A stretch of 64,000 nucleotides of DNA from Octopus bimaculoides (Eukaryota): contig NC_068982.1 in NCBI RefSeq assembly GCF_001194135.2, positions 60,671,149 to 60,735,148 on the forward strand, given 5' to 3'. Made by a program: the position numbers and the translations under genes. The notes beneath the pieces were generated by a model. The model was given only the letters and a program-made list of their open reading frames with translations, did not search any database and had not been told where the DNA came from. Positions 1 to 14,104 of the stretch are shown here, piece by piece (the first letter of the stretch is position 1; every line of letters begins with the position of its first letter).

Positions 1-520
1 TAATCTCATAATCCCTGATCAGTTTTGGTGGAGAGATCTGTAATGGCCACGGTCTCTGCTCCTTCCTCTGAACAATAAAAAAAATGCTATTAAATAACAT
101 TTCAGTATTATTTTACAAATAATAATAGATAATGCCTTGTGTAACAAAAGGCATAAAACTTATCATATATCTGAAGTGGAGCCCCTAAGATGTTCTGATA
201 TTTGATTTGACACTCTACTGGCAATTCTTTTAATCAAATTGATGTCAAATATACTGCTCTAAATTCCTTTGGAACACACGTACAAGGTGAAAAGAAGATT
301 CTGGTATCTTGGTAACTCAAGATCTTCATAGATTCTACCTCGTCTTGCATTATGGACTGGTTATTTCAGTCTTATTTTGAGATGCAGCTTAAATCCTAAC
401 TGAACAATGATGCAAGACTACTTTGCCCCACCAAGTCAGGTAGATGCCAAGGAGATAGATTATAATTTGTTAAATTAATAGGAGAAACAGCTTTGAAGTA
501 ATCATACAGCAACCATATAG

Positions 521-680
521 TGATTGACAGGGTTATTAGAGCATTGGATAGACTACCATTCTGACTCTGTGCTCTGAGTTCAAATACTGCCATGATCAAA
601 TTTTCCTTTCATCTTTTTACAGTTAATAAAAAAAATGTACTTATACTGTAATGGACAAAATCAGTTGTGATAAGACACGG
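521..680 (+). mobile_element. Degenerate tRNA-derived SINE, family B (Meta-domain-like centre)
   Basis: B-box CTGAGTTCAAATACTGCC followed by GATCAAATTTTCCTTTCATC...AATAAAAAAAATGTAC; same layout as the other family B copies. Confidence 0.6.
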
Positions 681-1127
681 AGAGGGATAGGCTCCATTTG
701 ATCTAAAAATACCTAAAGCACAATGTGTGTCACAGTGGTGCCCCTAACACACCATGAGGAATTGAGCATCCAAGAAAGGATCTTATTACTATCATTGTGC
801 CATGCCTTTGAGCACTGGCTCCGGGTTGTCTCACTAAACAAAAACATGCACCACTCCCTACTTCACATTTGAGTGGTTAGTAATAGGTGCCAACAAATAA
901 ACAATCACTCATTAATGTGGTATGAAAGAAAAATGACATAAAATGTTAAATCAAAAGAAAAGGTGTGTGATCAGCTTCACAAAGAGAAAAATAATTACTA
1001 AAGCTTGAGAATTCTCTTTCATATATTTTATCTTACCTTTCTTCTAGTCAAAGAAAGATAAACTGAAGTTCCACTCAGTCTCTGAGTCAAACTATATCCA
1101 TCAATATTGAAAGCTGACTCACAGCAC

Positions 1128-1135
1128 AGCACACA

Positions 1136-1208
<73 letters not shown>
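1128..1208. repeat. (CA)n microsatellite
   Basis: Long AC dinucleotide run; another at about 1610-1650. Confidence 0.97.
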
Positions 1209-1606
1209 CACATATATATCAGTAGAGAAGAATATAAGTGAAGCAAAATAATATTTATATAAAGACTAGTAAATTAGATTACCAAAATAAATAAATGAAT
1301 AAAAATATAAGAAAGAAAAACTTTACTAATAGGATTTGGAATAAGTTTGAATAGTTATATTTCTATGCTTTACTGACTGAAGTTGGAATATTTTCATTCA
1401 AAAATCAATCATTTTCTACATTCAAAATTCTATGAGCTATGCAAAAGGTTCATGGTTTATTGATTTACTTCTCTTCCATCATCTAATCTTTCAACTCTTT
1501 TCAATAGATATTACTTAATTGATAATTATAAATAATGGCTTTGCTTAAAAATCTGTTAAAAGATAAAGGGATAAAAAAATAATGTATGCACACACAAACA
1601 CACTCA

Positions 1607-1653
<47 letters not shown>

Positions 1654-2016
1654 CTGATAGTTTTGTGCTTGAGATACATTTTACTCCACCTTTTATTAAA
1701 AATGAAAATAAATGTTCACCTAATGTATTTGAACTAATTCTGGTTCATTAATACCCGTATAGTTATTTTTAATATTCATAATTTCATAGAACTAACACTC
1801 TTCTTTATTAACAAAATATTAATCTTGCTGAAAATAACAGTAAATTTTCTGGTAATATACCATAGAAATACTCCATTCTCAAACAGGAATTCTGGTTGAT
1901 ATTTCCAGAGATTATTCAAAAACATATGTTCCTTGGAGCCTCTACCGTCTTACTTAATGTATGGATTAAAAGATATTTCCACCAAAATACCACCTAGTAT
2001 GATTTATTTCAGAGGT

Positions 2017-2238
2017 TTCTCCTTTTGATACCAAACCACCCAAGACCACCTAAGGATACAAACTTCCAATTTAAAAGTGAACTAAATTAAAACCTTCCAT
2101 AAAAATTTTATATTAATTCATGTTCCAAACTCCAGGTTAATAATAGTAGGGTTATTTTATTAAATTCTTCATTATTATCAAAATTAATTCAAACAAAGGC
2201 AATACATTTTAACAGGAATTTGGTAACGAAAGTGTTAA
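2017..2238. mobile_element. About 220-bp MITE, piggyBac-type ends
   Basis: Ends CCTTTTGATACC... and ...GGTAACGAAAGTGTTAA; colinear with the reverse complement of 54343-54576. Confidence 0.7.
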
Positions 2239-5200
2239 CTATCTCATAACACTTCAGTTTCTCACTGATAATCTCAGGGTGTACTGTGAAATTAGGTCAA
2301 ATCTCATCAATCTTTACAAATATTTGATCATGAAATATATTTCAAATCTGATCACTTTACATATGATGTGATTTTTAATTGCTTATTTATTAATTTTGAT
2401 AATTTTATGTCACAAATATAACTTAATGTGACATGAAATACTTGTATTCTTTTAAAAGTTTATTGCCGATGTGAAAAGTTTGGAAAACTGATTATTTGAT
2501 AGAACTGATGACCTAGTTAACAGGGTACTCAACAACGAGCTGATGAGTTGTGTTGTAATATTTCAATGTTCATGACATTTATTAGTAAGTTTAGTACACC
2601 TGCGTGCAAGTAGGTACCACCATGTTGTAGATTAGAATTCATTGCAGTAGTAGCTTTGTAAAATATATAAAGGATTCACTGGCTTCATATGTTAGATTTG
2701 GTTAGGTCTGAAAGATATTACCTGTGACTGATAACCATACTATCCAGAAGGACATTTTTCTCTCAGGTTTAATGCTATAGAAATAGAAAAGAACACAAGA
2801 TCTGGTGAACAGGTAAAGGAAAGAAGGATGACAACGATGATGATGACCTATTTGATGACTCAATGATTATCAGTTCATTCTTTATATGTAACTGTTGTAC
2901 ATCTACACACATAAACACATGCATACTTAAGCAGGCATACATATTTCCACATGAACTTTATATTAGATTTTGCTTTTCTCATTGAGGTACTATGTTCTTT
3001 TCCTTACTCTCAGTTGTATTATGTGAATTTGTTTCAGGGTGACTGACTTTCTTTGACATATCACACAAAATTAACCATGATTTCTGCTCTTTTATTTGAT
3101 AACCATTTTCTAACTTATATAACATGATATTCTCATAGTATTGCACTTCTTCAGAACAACTCTTCCCAGAAAATTTCAGACATTTTATTACAGTCAAGCA
3201 ACATATTTTTTTTTTACTCTGTATATGTTACCATCGTCCTTTAACTCAACTTTTGGCCCAACTACAAGATGAACTGTGCCATAACATCAGGCAGATTACT
3301 GTACACACATTTCCATTATCTGAATTCACTATCTGAGATAGCACATAGCCTTATACTTAGAATAATCAGTTGCCATGTGCAAATGCAGTGAATCCCATTA
3401 CAGTGTCTATACTGTATAGTCAAAGACACAATGTTAACTAACATTATTTTATGGAATAAAGGAGCTAATGTAAGCAATTAAAGTAAATGCAGCTCAACAA
3501 ACAAACAAAAAGAATTCATTATCTTGTGTTACATCTTAACTTCTAATTTGTTATGAAATGTTTAGAAGATTGGAAACCATTAAGAAAATGTAGACATGAA
3601 TACATGAACATATATATATATATGTTTATATAATAGAAAATGGAAGTTAGATATACATTTGATTGAGATTGATTTAGATTATCATCACCTATGAAGTGCA
3701 ACAGCTCCAGGTAGAAACCAAAACTATTTTGCGAGCTTAATTCAACACTGGGATAGGTAAAAGATTCATCTCCTTTTCAAATCATTTGATGTTTACTTAT
3801 ATATAATATCAGTTATGTTTAAGTTAGTTTTTGTTTTATAGCGATCATTAAATCCAAAGATATGTAACATTATGTCTTGGAAAGAGGTCAAGTTAGCAGT
3901 GACTTTATGATTTCCAAAATAATTAGTATTGTCTTTCTATACATATATCAGATGCAAAAAGGTTTCAGTGATAAGTCACAAAAATTAAGCAGTATAGTTT
4001 TTGGCAGATAATTTCAATTTGAATGAAAGAAATCCTCACTTTTCTAATTTTCCATCTAAAAATAAGTTTACGCATGTACGTATACATACCCACACATGCA
4101 CACTTACATTCTCTCTACTACTTACTTTCCAGCTATAATTAGGTATTTTTAGCATAAATTACTATGTAAGATGCTCCTGATATTTACTAATGCATATAGA
4201 TAGACATTTCAGCATCCACAACTAATATCTTCTAGATAGAAACTTTTGTTAGTTATAGCTTAATGAATAAAACAACTAAAAACAACTTCAACTGTAGCTA
4301 AGATGATCTCATCTCTTATTAGAATAATTCTATTTTACCAGTCGTATATAGACACATAATCTATTAGTGTTCTGCCTTCAATCAAACTTTAATATTTTTT
4401 TTATGTCTTTACTCAAAGATACTTCTTATAAATATCATATATCTGTATAAATATCATTTATCTGTGACTTGATGGCTTTTAGCGTAAAATAAATCACGTT
4501 GGTCATTTAAAGTAAAGTAAATCTGTTTTCATACTTAATGAACAATTTGCGCTCTAAGTAAATACTTCTGACAAATTAGTAACTGCATGTGCTTGTGCAT
4601 GTCTATCTATTATTACATATTGATTACTCAGAAATATACGTTTTAAACTTCCTTTATCAGTTGAGAAAACAGTGTAGATAAGTTATTGCAAGACTAGTTT
4701 TGATTTGTTTGCATTTAAGGTATTTTTTTAAATGCCATTATTCTCTTTTTTTGTATTTGTATTCATTTTTTGTTTATCTTACTTGGCTCGACATAAATTA
4801 ATATTCTCTCTCTCATAGTTGAGTGATTTGCAAGAAGAAATCTTTCCAGTTGTAAGACTACTACTGAAAAACAAAAGAAAAAAGCTGCTAAATTTGCACT
4901 AGTGTTTATTTTGAGTTTATATGTATAAAAGTGTCCCCTCTACCATTGTCACCACCAGAAGAAAAAAAACAACTTTAAATCAAGTTTACTTTTGATTAAT
5001 TGTCATATACAAAAAGTTAATTCTTTACTTTACATCTGGTTTTAATACTATTAACTTTAAAAATAGGTTTTGCTTTATTTACTGTTTTGATGCCAGGAGT
5101 TCAAATTTTCTAGAGCTATTATGCTGGTTGCCTAGAATCACTACACAACTATAAATAGGATCCATTTTCAATTGGCACAAGTCTGATCAACAATACAACA

Positions 5201-5618
5201 TGCATAGAACTTTAAAATTATTTTTCATAGTAATTTTTGAAGTTATGAGCTTTCCTGCTGCTAGACTTTCCTAATTCCTTCTGTTTATCTATAATTTGTC
5301 TGGTAAAAGCAGTTCTTTATTTTAACTGACAATGTAGAAGAGATATTTCAACCATCCCAACCTCTCAGCTTCAAAAATACATGGCCCATTCTATAAATCA
5401 TGGAAACATCTTAAAACTACCAATAAATGTTATCATGGATGGTAGATATAAAAATAGTTCTTAAAATATATTATGTAATCAAACCAGAGTTTAGTTGTAA
5501 GTTGTTAATTAATTTTGAACCTTTCTGATTTCAGAATGTTTAGGAAAAATATCCTAACAATCTTAATTGAAATACATTTTAAACTTAGTGTATTAGCTGG
5601 GTTTTCATTCCTTCCACT

Positions 5619-5655
<37 letters not shown>

Positions 5656-6397
5656 TGTGTGTGTGTGTGTGTCTATTTATTTGATCAGTTATTAGCCAAG
5701 TGACATAAAGTTTTGAATTATTGCATTTTAATCATATTCATAACACTATTTGTACATAATATTTTTGTAATATATTTACACAAGTAGGTATTTCTGAAAA
5801 AACAGTAATAGAAAAATAGTATTTTTATGGCTAAATATATGTAGACAATTATATTATGTACATGTATTTATCTCCTTGATTAACACCACTTAAATTGATA
5901 TATTGATATTTGGTTATATAAACACAGCAACACTTTTTCAGATCTGATATTGTTTGTTGTAGCAATTAGTACATGATGATTAAATGTTTTATACTGTGAA
6001 TCTTACAATCAAATAGCAGCTATGAAGGTAAATGTTAAGCAAACAAGTTAACCCAATCAATTCTTCAGTACATAGTTTTTAGTTGTTAAGAGTAATAACT
6101 AAAATTTTCTCTCTTTATGTAAATAATTTGTTTACTATATTAACTCTTGTTCTCCTCTTCGTTTCCACTCCCTTTTTATTTCCACACCCTCATATCGTTT
6201 ATACATAAACTGCTTTTATAGTTTCTCTATAAATTGGCCATAAAAGGACTCTGAAATACTTTTATTCAGTTTGTCTTAGACTTTTCACTCTAAGTAATGA
6301 ACAGTTTGTGAAAAATAGGGCTTTATGTGCGTGTGTGTGTACATATAAAGGGAAGTAGCTTGACACAAACAGGCAGATTTACCCATGCACACATATA

Positions 6398-6776
6398 GGT
6401 GCACGTATGGCCATGTGATAAGTTTGCTTCCCAACCACATGCTTCCAGGTTCAGTCCCACTGCACGGCACCTTTGGGAAGTGTCTTCTACTATGGCCAAC
6501 CAAAGCCTTGTGAGTGGATTTGGTAGGCAGAAACTGAAAGAAGCCTGTCATATATATATGTATGTATGTATCTATGTGTGTCTTTGTTTCTGTGTTTGTC
6601 CCCCACCCACCACTGCTTTACAACCGGTGTATGCTTGCATATTTACATCCCCATAACTTAGTGGTTCAGCAAAAGGGATTGATGGAATAAGCACTAGGCT
6701 TTAAAAAAATTAGTCTTGAGGTCAATTTGTTCAACTAACAAAAAACCCTTCGGGGTGACTGAAACAAGTAAAGGAA
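6398..6776 (+). mobile_element. tRNA-derived SINE, family A (CORE-like centre, internal microsatellite)
   Basis: Pol III-like head with B-box GGTTCAGTCCC, then GGCACCTTTGGGAAGTGTCTTCTACTAT...CCAAAGCCTTGTGAGTGGATTTGG and tail GACTGAAACAAGTAAA. Colinear with the copies at 36552 and 39503. Confidence 0.9.
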
Positions 6777-9700
6777 TATATCTATCTATCTAGGTCGTCC
6801 CTAGTATTTATATACTAAAAGAATATATATATATATATTCATATACTAAAAGAATATATATATTATATATATATATACTAAAAGTAAAGAAGCAAGGAAA
6901 ACTAACTGAATCAATTACTAATAGTACTTGAGGCAAGTATGGCATTATTGTTAGTAGCTTTGTAGCATTGTCTAAATTGAGTTATTTATAAAACATTCAA
7001 ACCGTTTGTTTAATTAACATTGAAAATATTTTGTCAAACAGATGAAAATTACTTTCTAAATTAGTATTTTTCATGTATTTGTAGATAGAGTATTAAGAAA
7101 CATAAGAAGTGCAACTTTCCTTAGTCATTTTGAAAATGTTGTTACACTTACAACCATGAATACACATACATACAGATATAGTAGTGCATACATACACTTA
7201 CGCGTCTATTGTATAACCTCAGCAAATGCTGTGAGAAATTAATTCAGAAGAGAAGTAGCAATTCTTTTTTAATCTTCTTGAGCAGCGACATTATCTATAA
7301 TGTGATTTTAGCAGTGTTAACATAAGCTTTACATACTCTATTTCTTAGAACATTTCCTAAGATCAACCTTTCTTAATTTTTAGTTATTATTCCAAATAAG
7401 GTTCATGGTGTTGTGCTCAAAGATATATAAAAGCTCATTGAATGAGTTTATGCATATGACCCTCTGCATGCACATTCATTTTGTACAGTTCTATGTGTTC
7501 ATGTGTGCAAATGTGAGTGAAAGACAAAGCTGTAGATACTTTACCATCTAAAACCTTAAGACTGAAACACCTTCCATTAAAAAGTGTCATTGAATAAAAT
7601 AAAAGCAAAATGTCTCTATCTTTTATGAAAATGTTATAGTTCCAAAAGTAAAAATTAATTTTTATTTATAACTTCAATCAAGATTTGACAAGGCTTAGCA
7701 ACAACATAAAACATACAATTATTGAGAGAAAATAATAGCTTTTTTGTTTTTGTCTTTTCCTGAACTGAGTTTCCATGATTTATGTTTAGAAAAATCTTTT
7801 CTATTTAATTTTAAGGGGCTTCTTTCAAATACAGCTAAATTAAGAAAATACCATTTGTTTTTGTCCGTCAAGTTGTTTTAAGAAATTTTTCCTTTTGAAA
7901 TTTGTTTTATCTAATCTGTCAACTACCTTTTACAAAATGCCTAAGATTTATAAAACATTTCATTTTTTTTTATTATTCTTTTCATAAATGTTTCTTTTTT
8001 CACTTTCCTTTTATTGATAATGTCTCATTTTTTTTTTAAACCACAAGCAATCTATGTTTCTGTTTTTATATATTGCCAATTCACAAGTACACTTCAATTC
8101 ACTTATTAAAAATTGCTTATATTGTAAATAGCATTACCATAAATTAACTACCTATTTGTCAAAAAAATTTGCTGTTTCGTGTATATATAATGGTTGTAAT
8201 ATTTATCCAAATTTCACAACAGTTTATTGTAAAATTTGGATTCAAAATGGGAATTACACAGAAGTAATTTTGTAATAATAATTAGAGTATTTCTAATCTA
8301 GTGATGTAAAAATGTTGACTTAAAGTAAATTGAAAGTGTAATAAACTGAAATCACTGTGATAAATAAATAAAATTTCATGTCAGAAAGCATACTAACCAC
8401 ATTAGATTATGTAACTATTGGGAAATATAAAAGAGGCATTACAAAGCTGTCAAGTCAAAACTTTAATATTCCAAACAACAGGTCGTATTTCTTGTATTTT
8501 TCTCATCATATCTTAAAAGAAAAGAAAAAAATTCTGATAATTCTCATTTACAACTAAAGCTTCTGTGGCTACTTAGCAATTTTTTTATTAGATATTGTTG
8601 AAAGAAAAGAGACTTTGGGAAAAAAAAAATGATATTTGTTTTTTTCCTTATTACATTTCATTTAATGCTATGGTTATCTCACTTAACCTTATGACATAAG
8701 TAAATACCCCCCAATAGCGAAACTATTTTATTCCCTTGTGCCTCCTTTATTTGTGTCTGTTGTACTTATCAAGTTTATGCTCGAGTGAATTTGACAGTAA
8801 ACAGTTTTCATAAGTGGATCTCTCAGAAAAAGGGGGAGGAAAAAAAAAAAAGAAAACAAAAAAAACGGAAACATGACGAGGAAAAAAAGCTTTGTTGATA
8901 AAAAAAAATGGCATATTTTTTTGTTGACAATTTCCATAAAGTCTCTTTGAGGAATGACAGTGTTCTATCAATTGTTGAAAGAAATGGTTATGTATTTTTC
9001 ACCAGTAATCCTCCCAGATTACTTCTACTATGCAATTCTAAAGAAGGTTTTAAAACATAAGGGAACTGAAACATGTAAAAAGCAAAAATGAAAGAAAACA
9101 TAAGCTTTTTATTTATCCTTTCCCCTTGAATTACTTGCTCACTGCATGTGGTTTATTCCTTCAAATGTTTTTAGAATCAATTGTCTTTTATGTAATAACA
9201 TATCAGAACCAACATGTTAGACAAATATTCTTAAATATATGTAAAAAGCTTTTGCTCGCAGAATATATATGATCTAGAAATATCTTTTTACACACACACA
9301 TACACACACACATGTTTGTGTGTATGTATATAGCTCAAAATAATTTGAAATTCAACAGTTTTCCTTTTCAGTTTTGTGTTATTAAAATGGATTACTTGAG
9401 ATTATTTAAGAGTGTACTTCATATGTTTTTATGAATATATCATGAAATATCAGATGTATATTTTTTTTATTTCATTGAAGTCAGTAATTTTTTTTTCTTG
9501 ATATTGATTGTTATATTAATTGAGGATTTTATTTAAATTATCCAATATTACTTTAGTCTGTTTGAAATGAAATAATTCATAAGGGTATGTAGAAATGTGA
9601 AATATCTGCTAATCAGTTTACACTGTGTGGCAATAATATGTTACCAAATACTTAAACCTTAGTAACAAGTATCTGAAAGTTAGTGATATTGTCAAGGAAA

Positions 9701-9829
9701 ACTACTTCAGGGAGGTGATCTGCATAATAAACATGCTATGTCTCACATATGTGATATGCTTAGTTGAAAAAGTTTGATCAACTGAGATTATCCAAGCCAT
9801 GAGTAGACAAAACCACTCCTTGAGGATGT

Positions 9830-10057
9830 TTAACCATTTATCATTCACATTGGTCTGTCTAATATAATTTTTATTAATTCACATTTTTAAAAATTAATCA
9901 TACATTATCTCATGGCTTTGAGATTTCAGTAATGTGATTGTTTTGTTTTAAAATAATGTTGCAGGGTAATTGCTAGAGACTGGATCTGGCCAGTTTGAAC
10001 ATAAAGTAGCTACAACATTTGAGCTGGCTATGACCAGTTTCAATGCTAAAGAGTTAA
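9830..10057. mobile_element. 228-bp MITE, TTAA-flanked, second piggyBac-type family
   Basis: TTAA-CCATTTATCATT... and ...AATGCTAAAGAG-TTAA form imperfect TIRs (implied consensus TTAACCCTTTAGCATT) with TTAA at both ends. Confidence 0.7.
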
Positions 10058-11569
10058 AATCTAAAAACTGATCACAAGAGAGATAATTTTTATTAGATTT
10101 ATATGGACAATGTAGGATAATCTCAGTTGGTCAAGGTTTTTCACTTCACTGTATTGCAAATGTGAAACCTTCTGTGTTTGTACTTAGTAAATTGAATATT
10201 CACCTGAGATGTTATCCTCTCAATCATATCATTGAACCATTTCCTTTGTTTCTGTATATGTAGTGAATGCTTCTTAATCATACCATCTGAGTGGAATATG
10301 CTTGTCCAAAAGAGATCCAACATGACTAAAGCATATCTATTACTTTTACCATCTGGCATTAAAGACCAGATTTACTCCAATCTGCATTATCTATGTTATC
10401 TCCAAATTTCAATCCCTTGATGTTTTTGGAGTTACCCTGTTTGCATGTTTTTAGATTTTAGTCCCCTACAAAGAGATATTTTGTTTACAAAATTCTTCAA
10501 CAATCTTAGTTGATCAAAGGTCTTTTTCTAGTTCACTGTATTACATATGTGATGTTTTAAAGTCTTATTTAAACACATCAGTGAATAAAACTGAGTTTTT
10601 TATTGTTATATATTAAGACATAGACCAATTCTATATTGATATACCATTTTGATGATAAACATATTTCATGAGGCAAAAATATCTTTTATTCAGAATTTTA
10701 CCCTTTTTTTAAATTAAACTTTCAATAATATGATTGGTATATTGTTTAATGTGAGAAAAAATATAATGAAGAAAGAAATCTGTATCAACAATCGATAAAT
10801 AATTATATCATGAATGGAATTTTTTTCCATATTGATAAAAATATAAGAGTGCAGTCTGTATTATAATCAGTTACAGTTCTGAGAAAATGTTTGTAAATGT
10901 TTTGTAAAAATAAGAGAAAAAAAAATATTGTCATCTATATGTGTTAAATTTTTTACCTTTGACATTCTTCATTTGTCAAACCTTTTCATAGAATGCAATA
11001 TTAAATATACATTGTACAACATTTAGAAATATTATAGCTTACTGTTTGCATAAATATTCTATATTTTATACTTCCTAGTATGTACAGATATATTCACATA
11101 TTTAATTATTAATTATTGTAATCTTTATTAATTTTGGAATTTCATCAAGATTGTCAATATGCTTACAAAAAATTGAATCCATGTTTCATTATATACCTTC
11201 AGCTGGTTTTTTTCATTTTTATATTAAACTAGGCAGATGTGTAGCTTCATGTAGCTAATAGAGATGATTTTAAGCATGTTATTTTGACTTCCAATCTATG
11301 CTAATTTTTAATATATGTAATATCAATTAAAAGAAATTAACTGTCATCAAAATTAATTATGAATTTCCCTCTTTTTGATTAAAACAGTTGCAATAATTAT
11401 GTTTCAAATCCTTGAAATTTTTTCCCCCCTATAATTACTACTCTTCAAAAAGAAAGAAGCTGGTTGATTCACTACCTGTAAATAAACTTACTAAATTAGC
11501 TTCAGTTTCTTCAAACAGTTCACTTTTACCAGCTGTAATCACTTACATGCAATCTTGCTAATGAACGAT

Positions 11570-12059
11570 GCCCATCTTCAATTATTATAGCAATAAAGGT
11601 TGGTTCATCTATGGTTTAAATCCAACAAGGATGAGAAAGGAATGAAAAAAATAAATATTTGTAGTATTTGAAAAAAAAAATGTAATCTTAGAATGAAAAC
11701 TGCTCACAGTATATAAGGTATTGTATAGCAAATATTTTTTTATTAATCATGAGCAATACACTTGGTGTTGTTGAAAAGTTCTTCAATTCATTTCAATATT
11801 AAAAAGCTTTAAGAAGTTTGCATATTATCTTTATTATTGTCATTGACACTACATCCAACAACACCAAGTGTACTGCTCATGATTAATAAGAAAATATCTG
11901 TTATGCAATACCTTATATACTGTGAGCAGTTTTCATTCTAAGCCTACATTATTTTTTTCAAATACTACAAATATTTATTTTTTTCATTCCTTTCTCATCC
12001 TTGTTGGATTTAAACCATAGATGAACCAACCTTTATTGCTGTAATAATTGAAGATGGGC
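11570..12059. repeat. Long inverted repeat: 204-bp arms (11570-11773 and 11856-12059), 82-nt spacer
   Basis: Direct alignment of the left arm reverse complement with the right arm: 9 substitutions, no indels (about 96%). Confidence 0.97.
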
Positions 12060-14104
12060 TACCTTTTCTTGGAAGTAATTTTATGCACAGAGTAAAAATA
12101 TATTATTTTTCAAATTGAAATTTCATTTTGAAATTGAATAAGTTCACCAATATGTTAAAAATAAGATGCATTTCATGAAATTTATCATCCCTTTAAATAT
12201 TTTCTATGTAGATGTGTCACTACACATGGTGACTAAATAAAAATGGCGACATTTTTAAGCTTCTAAATAGTGATTAGACTGTATGTCCTATAACTTACAT
12301 ATGCAGTATCTCTCAAAACGTGAAGCAAAAATTATCCATTAATACTTAACCACTTGCTTTTTCCTGAGTCAGACCAAGCCTTCTTCACACACAATTGGTC
12401 CCTGAATAATGGAAGCTTTGTAAAAAAAAGCAGTATCTTGCAGTTGAAATTTTGTGCATTTTCATTATTAGCAATTTTTTGCACATAAAGAGTTATACCA
12501 TTTGTTGACTGACAAATATTCTCTTTAACTCCCTTCATTCTTCAACTTTCTTTAATCTCTTCTACTGTTAAAACAACTTCTCCACAGCAGTCTCTGTTCC
12601 TATAGTATATTTATTGTCTTATGTTTGTCCTTATACTGCATGTATTTTCACTTAAATCAAACATTAACTGCAATAACATGGTTTAAAAGAGTCTCTGCAA
12701 GCCATATGCATAACTGTAGTTAGTTAAAACAACTTTGTCTACTTGAAACACACTGGCTAACGATTCATGTTAGGGTTAGCATGTGTGTGTACATGAGCGC
12801 ATGTGTGTGAGATTATACACAAATAATACTTCTGTTGAGATAATGCAAATGGTAAGGAGCCAGGTCAGATGCTTTACAATATTTATATTGGTATCTCACA
12901 TTTCTTCTTTAAATTGCAGCGAGGTTTTCAACCTTCTAAAGTCAATAAAATGCCAGTAATATATTGTGAGCAAATGAATAGCTTTCTGAGAAAAATGTTC
13001 TTGTTCTTCGTCAAAAGGAATTCTTACATACAAAAATTTTTTTAAAATGTTTTCTTAGCTCATAATGTTATTACATTGTAAATTATCTCAATGTTATAGA
13101 AATAGATGATCATGTACCCATTATTTATATATGGATTAAAACAACAAAAGTTTATTGTTGAGATGTTTTCTTAATTTAATGATATGACAGTGACTCATTA
13201 AATGTCATTACACTATATTTCAAAATTTTGCTAGCTTAACATTTTTTTCATCAGAATGACCTGATTATTACTAATTCTGTTTGTTTTTTTTTTCTATGAA
13301 TCTTTTCCCATAAATTTAAATTGTAATAATTATTTATGTAAGCATTAGCTATCTAGATTTACATACACTTATAGAAATACTGCTTATACAATCACTGGTA
13401 GTTTTAGTATTATTATTTATGCTTGACAGTCTGTGATTGTTGTCATAGGTTATACAATAAATTTCTGATTAGATGAAATTTTTGTTTCATTAATGAATTC
13501 TTTTTAGTAGTATAAATAAATAATGCCTTCCCCCAACTCATTATCTTCCTCTCTTAAAGCAACATTTTGATTTTCATATATTTTCAGAATTGTATTTCTT
13601 ATATCGTTGCCAATTCAATCTTCCTAGAAAGATTTTGATGCTGGGCTAAATTTGACACCTCTTATAAGTTATAGCTATAATTTTCAACTCTTCCTTGTTA
13701 TAAATAGTCTATGTCATTAGCACCCCTAAGAAGAAAGAAATATGTTCAGTCACATCAAAGGCATCAAATTTATATAGTGCAATTTATACACAGATGATGG
13801 ATGGTACTATGTTAGCTTCTTCACCAAACAACGAAGTTCTGATGGAAATTGGTTAAAGCTTCCTTATCCTTACTTGTGTCATCTACATCTGTCTGCAAAA
13901 TCATAAGTATTATTGGCCATTGTAAGCTGGTCAATTACTTCAACACATTTTCTACCTTTGTAAATGTGGTTGTAAAATGCTTCAGGCAATTTGGAATAGT
14001 CAAGGAGAACTGGGATCAGCTCTCACTAGATAACTGCTGAATTTATGAAGTCTGTGTTATTTACATATTACAATGGATCAACAGCAAACATAACAGAACA
14101 AAAA

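Noticed and set aside
521-530. Perfect PBX-MEIS/PREP decamer TGATTGACAG (related words at about 32465 and 60450)
   Set aside because: Rough expectation is about 0.1 hits per window at this composition, and it sits in a decayed SINE head; not distinguishable from chance without conservation data.
10141-10359. ORF with GKSNRYALVMLDLF, faintly like an integrase YILVxxDxF motif
   Set aside because: No further integrase motifs in neighbouring frames; similarity too short.
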